DNA of 64,000 nucleotides, taken from positions 11,861 through 75,860 of the forward strand of contig CAIQVS010000210.1 of the NCBI GenBank assembly GCA_903875345.1, given 5' to 3'. The notes under the pieces are model-generated. The model saw nothing but the letters and a program-made list of their open reading frames with translations, did not search any database and was not told the origin of the DNA. The translations under genes were made by a program, and so were the position numbers. Shown here piece after piece: positions 58,985 to 64,000 of this stretch. This stretch comes from an uncultured Pseudomonadota bacterium. Its GTDB lineage: Bacteria > Pseudomonadota > Alphaproteobacteria > UBA9219. The stretch's first letter is position 1. Each line of letters starts with the position of its first letter.

Positions 58985-60016
58985 ATGTCGATGGCTGCGA
59001 GTCAACATTCTTATATAGCGCCAGACGATCTGCGAGCGGCGGAGGAGTATGCCCGCGAGCATGGAGGAGAACTTCCCAGATGGTTTGCTGAAAAATATCC
59101 TGATGTGCGAAATGTTGAACAGGCGCAGGCCATTGTTGCTACAGAAGACACACCTACGGCGATATCTAATCCACAAGAACCGCCAAGCGTAAATAATGGT
59201 AGTGATAGCAACGGAGGTGGCGACGGCAGCTCCTCTCTAGCAGTGGTCGCGGCGGCAATGGAGTCGGAGAGGCGAATGCAGGGGCTTCTGTCTTCGCTTG
59301 ATACGGCCCTTAAAAATTATACGGCGCCTACAAAAAGCTTTCTGGATTCTCGGGTAACTCCGCGTGACTTGGGTTTGACGGACAAACAGGCTGGCGCGAC
59401 GGTCGTCGCGCAAAATACCTACAGCGATGACACGCATGAACGGGCTCGGCAAATTATGGAGGATGCGGCGAGCTTGTCGAGCGAAGACTCGACGGATCAC
59501 CCTGGTGAGAAAAGGTTGCCCGCAGGGAAAGGAAATGTAGCCGTAGCGCTGGCCATGGCCCTTTCGACTTCGGTGGAGCATCGCCACCGCAACGATCTTC
59601 TCGGTACAGGCTACACTATTGATACGCACAAGAATGCTTTGGTCGCGCTGTCGAGCCGGGTCGTTGTTGCTAGACCGGGTGCAACCGATGAAGAGAATCT
59701 TCGGGCGACAGTAAGTGGCTTTAATGGCCTTACCGAGGAAGAGCGGCGAGAATTTCTAGCTCACGGTTTAAAAACACTGGAGGCAGTCCGGCAATATCAT
59801 CAAAGCCATCAGGAGGATATGCGCCCGGCTCCTGTCGGCAGTGCGTCTCCGCTTGACCCGTATAAAGGACATGATGGTGGGCGGGTGCTATTGAGGCCGG
59901 AGGCTGCTCGCTTTATGACTTCGGGCACTCCTGTCGTTCCGCCAGCTCCGGCGGTGATCGGCGGCGAGGTACAGGCTCCATCTCCAAAACGCAGCGCTTT
60001 GCTGCCAGGGGTTTGA
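58985..60016 (+). CDS. Hypothetical protein (343 aa), ORFan
   Basis: The ORF is uninterrupted and AT-richer, with mixed third positions and a weak SD. No motif was recognised. It is convergent with accD. Confidence 0.45.
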   Translation: MSMAASQHSYIAPDDLRAAEEYAREHGGELPRWFAEKYPDVRNVEQAQAIVATEDTPTAISNPQEPPSVNNGSDSNGGGDGSSSLAVVAAAMESERRMQGLLSSLDTALKNYTAPTKSFLDSRVTPRDLGLTDKQAGATVVAQNTYSDDTHERARQIMEDAASLSSEDSTDHPGEKRLPAGKGNVAVALAMALSTSVEHRHRNDLLGTGYTIDTHKNALVALSSRVVVARPGATDEENLRATVSGFNGLTEEERREFLAHGLKTLEAVRQYHQSHQEDMRPAPVGSASPLDPYKGHDGGRVLLRPEAARFMTSGTPVVPPAPAVIGGEVQAPSPKRSALLPGV

Positions 60017-60037
60017 CGAGAACGAATTTTGCTCGAC

Positions 60038-60958
60038 CTAAATCCTTCGTCCGCTGCGCGCGCCGTGCGGCACAGGTCCGGACAGGAGCGACGCGAGGCT
60101 GCGGGTTTTCTCTTTTCGCAACAGGCGCAAGATGCGAACGAGCGTGTCGCGCAAATGCTTCCGTTCGACGACGATGTCGACCATGCCGTGATCGAGCAGG
60201 TATTCGGCGCGTTGAAATCCGGGCGGCAAGGTTTCACGAATTGTGTTTTCGATCACGCGCGCGCCGGCGAAGCCGATTTGCGCGCCGCGCTCGGCGATAT
60301 GAATGTCGCCGATCATGGCAAAACTGGCGGTAACGCCGCCGGTAGTCGGATCGGTCAGGACGACGATATAGGGCAAGCCCGCCGCCTTCACTTCATCGGC
60401 GGCGATAATGGTGCGCGGCATTTGCATCAGCGACAGCGCGCCTTCCTGCATGCGCGCCCCGCCTGAGGCCGGAAAAACGATCAATGCCGCTTTGGTGGCG
60501 ACGGCGCGGCGGGCGGCGGTAATAATGCCTTCGCCGACGGCCATGCCCATCGATCCTCCCATAAAGCCGAAATCAAACGCGGCGGCGACGGTTTTCTGCC
60601 CGCCCAACAAGCCTTCGCCGACGACGATCGCATCACGGCGACCGGCCTTGCGCACCGAGCTTTTCAGGCGGTCGATATAGCGTTTCTGATCGCGGAATTT
60701 CAACGGATCGACGAGAACTTTCGGCACTTCGATTTCGGTAAATTTGCCGTCGTCGAACAACGATTCGAGCCGCCGCAAAGGCTCGAGTTTCAGGTGATAG
60801 CCGCACGATTTGCAGACATTCAGGTTTTCGTCCAGATCGCGCTTAAACAGCATCGTGCCGCAACCGGGGCATTTCTCCCATAGGTTGTCGGGAATATCCT
60901 TTCTGGCCGTGACCAGAGCGCGGATTTTCGGACGGACGAAATTTGTAAGCCAGTTCAT
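60038..60958 (-). CDS. accD: Acetyl-CoA carboxylase carboxyltransferase subunit beta
   Basis: It starts MNWLTNFVRPKI, has the zinc ribbon CPGCGTMLFKRDLDENLNVCKSCGYH and a GGARMQEG motif. Confidence 0.95.
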   Translation of the reverse strand: MNWLTNFVRPKIRALVTARKDIPDNLWEKCPGCGTMLFKRDLDENLNVCKSCGYHLKLEPLRRLESLFDDGKFTEIEVPKVLVDPLKFRDQKRYIDRLKSSVRKAGRRDAIVVGEGLLGGQKTVAAAFDFGFMGGSMGMAVGEGIITAARRAVATKAALIVFPASGGARMQEGALSLMQMPRTIIAADEVKAAGLPYIVVLTDPTTGGVTASFAMIGDIHIAERGAQIGFAGARVIENTIRETLPPGFQRAEYLLDHGMVDIVVERKHLRDTLVRILRLLRKEKTRSLASLLSGPVPHGARSGRRI

Positions 60959-61028
60959 GGGGGTAACCTTAGCGGATGTCATGACCGGTTTCCAGTTCCA
61001 TGACATTATGGTAAAAATGCTGTCGCTC

Positions 61029-61799
61029 TTACAATTTCCACCCCGAATGAATGACGGCGACGCCGCCGGTCAGGTTCGTCCAACGGACGTTATCGAGACC
61101 GGCTTTTTTCATGCGTTCGGCAAGCGCTGCCTGTGGCGGGAACTTCAGGATGCTTTCGGCCAGATATTGATAGGCCTCGGCGTCATGCGCGACATGTTCT
61201 CCGAGCCACGGCAGAACGCTCATGCAATAGCGTTCATAGACCGGCTTCAGAAGCGGGCTGACGCCGGGGCTGAATTCCATGCAGAAGAAACGTCCGCCCG
61301 GACGCAAGACCCGCGCCGCTTCGCGCAAGGCGTTGTCGATGCGCGAAACGTTCCGCAGCCCGAAGGCGATGGAATAAAGATCGACGCTGCGCGAAGGGAT
61401 CGGCAGCTCCTCGGCGTTACCGGTGATGAAATGGATCGGACGCGACGTTCCTTGCCCTTGCGGCAAAATCCCTTCATCGATCATGCGCGCGCGTCCACGC
61501 TTCAGCATGTGGGGGTTAATATCGCAGACCGTTATGTCGGCCTTGCCTTCTGTGCGGCGATAGCAACGCAACGCGATGTCGCCGGTTCCTCCAGCGACAT
61601 CAAGCAGCGTTTGTCCGGCCTGCGGGCTCATCATCGCCACCAGCCGGTCTTTCCACACGCGGTGCAATCCGCCTGACATCAGATCGTTCATCAGGTCGTA
61701 ATGCTCGGCCACGGAATCGAACACGCCGCGCACGAGACCGGTTTTGTCCTGCGGCTTGACATGGCGAAAACCGAACCATTCGGATTCAGGGTTGAGCAT
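61029..61799 (-). CDS. ubiE: Demethylmenaquinone/ubiquinone C-methyltransferase UbiE
   Basis: It has FDSVAEHYDLMNDLMS and the SAM motif LLDVAGGTGDIA. Confidence 0.93.
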   Translation of the reverse strand: MLNPESEWFGFRHVKPQDKTGLVRGVFDSVAEHYDLMNDLMSGGLHRVWKDRLVAMMSPQAGQTLLDVAGGTGDIALRCYRRTEGKADITVCDINPHMLKRGRARMIDEGILPQGQGTSRPIHFITGNAEELPIPSRSVDLYSIAFGLRNVSRIDNALREAARVLRPGGRFFCMEFSPGVSPLLKPVYERYCMSVLPWLGEHVAHDAEAYQYLAESILKFPPQAALAERMKKAGLDNVRWTNLTGGVAVIHSGWKL

Positions 61800-61806
61800 G
61801 GGAAAA

Positions 61807-61910
61807 GGGGGTTAGGGGTTAAAGGTCAGGGATCAAGGCTTGCAATCTCGTTCTGACATTTAAAGGAATAACGTGTAATCTCCAACCCCTAACCCCTAAC
61901 TTCTAACCCC
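61807..61910. repeat. Inverted GGGGTTAGGGGTT / AACCCCTAACCCC repeat pair in the ubiE-mutM divergent region
   Basis: The arms are 61807-61820 and 61884-61897, with an extra CTAACCCC at 61903-61910. The core is the same as in the other REP sites. Confidence 0.5.
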
Positions 61911-61918
61911 TGCCTCTC

Positions 61919-62758
61919 ATGCCCGAATTGCCCGAAGTCGAAACAGTTTGCCGTGGTCTTGCCAAGGCCTTGACGGGATTGCGTTTTGTGGAAGTCGAGC
62001 AACATCGTGCCGATTTGCGCGCGCCGATGCCGAAGAACCTAGCGGCGCGGCTTAAGGGACGACGCATCGTCGCGATCAAGCGGCGCGCGAAATATATTCT
62101 GATCGGGCTCGACAATCACGAAACCTTGCTTTTGCACCTCGGCATGTCGGGGCGCGTGATCGTGTCGCATGAAAAAACAACATCCGGCAAGCACGACCAT
62201 CTGATTTTTCATTTTGATGATGGCGCGATTGTGACTTTCAACGATCCACGGCGTTTTGGTCTGTGCGACCTGATCCGCGATACGGACGTGTCGCAGCACC
62301 GCCTGTTGCGCCATTTGGGGCTGGAGCCGCTGGAAAAAGACTTTACGCCGGAGGCGCTTGCCGAGCTGCTCAAGGGCAAAAAGACCAGCATTAAAATCGC
62401 GCTTATGGATCAACGGCTTGTGGTCGGTATTGGCAATATCTATGCCAGCGAAGCTTTGTTCCGCGCCGGAATCAGCCCGAAGCGTCAGGCGGGCAAATGC
62501 CGGGCGCAGGACATCGCCGTTTTGGTTCCGGCCATCCGCAAAGTTCTGAACGATGCCATTCGCGCCGGAGGTTCAAGCTTGCGCGATTACCGACAAGCCG
62601 ATGGGGAATTGGGATATTTTCAACATCACTTCGCCGTTTACGGACGCGCAGGGCAACCATGCCCCGGCTGTACTTGCGATACCCCGAGAACCGGAGGCAT
62701 CAAACAGATCACGCAAGGTGGCCGTTCGACCTATTACTGTCCGGTGCGACAAGGATAA
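61919..62758 (+). CDS. mutM: Formamidopyrimidine-DNA glycosylase
   Basis: It has the N-terminus MPELPEVE, an H2TH region and a C-terminal zinc finger CPGC...YYCPVRQ. Confidence 0.95.
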   Translation: MPELPEVETVCRGLAKALTGLRFVEVEQHRADLRAPMPKNLAARLKGRRIVAIKRRAKYILIGLDNHETLLLHLGMSGRVIVSHEKTTSGKHDHLIFHFDDGAIVTFNDPRRFGLCDLIRDTDVSQHRLLRHLGLEPLEKDFTPEALAELLKGKKTSIKIALMDQRLVVGIGNIYASEALFRAGISPKRQAGKCRAQDIAVLVPAIRKVLNDAIRAGGSSLRDYRQADGELGYFQHHFAVYGRAGQPCPGCTCDTPRTGGIKQITQGGRSTYYCPVRQG

Positions 62759-62897
62759 ACGCGTCAATTCCGTAGCCCCTAACCCTTATAACGGTTTCCC
62801 CTCATAAAATTATAGTCTTCCGCAAACAGATTGATTGAACCGTGGCGTGGTTATCACTATTCTAACTTTCGCAACCTCCAATTCTCGGTTTCTCCCC

Positions 62898-64000
62898 ATG
62901 CGCAAAAATTTCTTTCGTCTTCTCGTTCTCCTCGCTCTTTTGGCGGGCATCGCCAGCGCGCCCCTTTTTGCCAAAGCGCCGGATGCGCCCTTATTGCAAG
63001 CATCGGCCAAACCGGCCACAGATCCAGCGCCGTCAAATCAGGATTCGTCGAACAAGGATAAAGATAAAGACGCCACCGACAAGGATGCCAACGATACCTA
63101 CAAGCAGCTCACGTTGTTCTCGGATGTGCTGGAGCGCGTGCGCAACGACTATGTCGATTCCGTCAGCGATGAAAAGCTGATCGAATATGCGCTGAACGGA
63201 ATGCTGAGTTCGCTGGATCCTCATTCGAGCTATCTCAACAAAAAGAATTATCAGGACATGCAGACGCAGACCAAGGGCGAATTTGGCGGGCTCGGCATCG
63301 AAGTCACTATGGACAACAGCGTCATCAAGGTGATCTCGCCGATTGACGACACGCCGGCGGCGCGCGCCGGGATTCAATCGGGCGATTTCATTACCCATAT
63401 CGACGGCAAGCTGGTGACGGAATTGACGTTGTCGGAGGCGGTTGATCGCATGCGCGGCGTGCCCGGAACCAAGGTGACGTTGACGGTGCGGCATGGCGGT
63501 CTGTCCGGCCAGCCGACCGACATCACCCTGACCCGCGCCATCATCAAGGTTCAGTCGGTGCGGTGGGAGGCCAAGGACAACATCGCCTATATCCGCATCA
63601 CGGCGTTCAACGAACAGACGCAGGTTGGGCTTGACAAGGCGCTCGACGAAGCTTCGCAGAAACTGGGTGCCAAGATGGAAGGCTATGTTATCGATCTGCG
63701 CAACAATCCGGGCGGATTGCTGGAACAGGCGGTTTCCGTCGCGGGGACATTCCTGCAGCCCGGCATGGAAGTTGTTTCAACACGGGGACGACACAAGGAG
63801 GAAAACCAGAGTTACACCGCCAAGGATGGCGATAAAACTCACGGCAAGCCTATTGTCGTGCTGATCAATGGCGGCTCGGCCTCGGCGTCGGAAATCGTCG
63901 CGGGCGCGTTGCAGGATCACAAGCGTGCGGTTCTCGTCGGCGTCAAGAGCTTCGGCAAGGGATCGGTGCAAACCATCATGCCGGTTGCGGGAGGCGGAGC
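62898..64000 (+). CDS. ctpA: Carboxy-terminal processing protease (S41), 3' end outside window
   Basis: It is absent from the ORF track because no stop occurs before the window edge. It has a signal peptide, a PDZ region (GIEVTMD...GDFITHIDG), GGSASASEIVAG (catalytic Ser) and FGKGSVQ (Lys). Confidence 0.9.
   Translation, partial: MRKNFFRLLVLLALLAGIASAPLFAKAPDAPLLQASAKPATDPAPSNQDSSNKDKDKDATDKDANDTYKQLTLFSDVLERVRNDYVDSVSDEKLIEYALNGMLSSLDPHSSYLNKKNYQDMQTQTKGEFGGLGIEVTMDNSVIKVISPIDDTPAARAGIQSGDFITHIDGKLVTELTLSEAVDRMRGVPGTKVTLTVRHGGLSGQPTDITLTRAIIKVQSVRWEAKDNIAYIRITAFNEQTQVGLDKALDEASQKLGAKMEGYVIDLRNNPGGLLEQAVSVAGTFLQPGMEVVSTRGRHKEENQSYTAKDGDKTHGKPIVVLINGGSASASEIVAGALQDHKRAVLVGVKSFGKGSVQTIMPVAGGG

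Noticed and set aside
61884-61910. Telomere-like CCCCTAA / TTAGGGG tandem units
   Set aside because: Only two to three units are present, embedded in inverted-repeat elements within a gene-dense interior region. They belong to the REP family and are not a replicon end.

Overview
GC-rich chromosomal segment with alphaproteobacterial hallmarks: a tRNA-Trp-secE-nusG cluster, a hemC/hemD/Mic60-like/hemY cluster, a short HprK, a long leader upstream of ornithine decarboxylase, and lepB-rnc-era. I call about 60 protein genes, one tRNA (Trp), and no rRNA, CRISPR array, transposase or integrase. Most genes are housekeeping: purA, hemC/hemD/hemY, era, rnc, lepB, gpmI, nusG, secE, tsaD, gpsA, gatB, accD, ubiE, mutM, and a ctpA that runs off the 3' edge and is missing from the ORF track. 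Functional blocks are an ODC plus carboxy(nor)spermidine dehydrogenase/decarboxylase polyamine operon, a NodT-MFP-RND efflux operon transcribed divergently from a TetR-HlyD-ABC-ABC2 operon, and a hybrid histidine kinase with two receiver domains and an HPt domain. Three visibly AT-richer islets look accessory: 6.1-7.7 kb, 39.6-41.1 kb and 57.2-60.0 kb. They carry ORFans, two pentapeptide-repeat proteins and small ORFs. A dispersed REP/BIME-like repeat family with a GGGGTTAGGGG core occupies several intergenic sites. I cannot demonstrate a novel multi-gene system from sequence alone. The best candidates for follow-up are a lysine-tailed NTF2-like gene paired with an ORFan carrying an RNxxxH motif (6085-7654), an 82-aa flagellar-axial-like mini-protein just upstream of an orphan hprK (41133-41832), and the pentapeptide/ORFan islet next to the hybrid kinase (57157-60037). 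Start codons were chosen by eye from SD spacing and overlaps, and all family assignments are motif-level recognition without searches.
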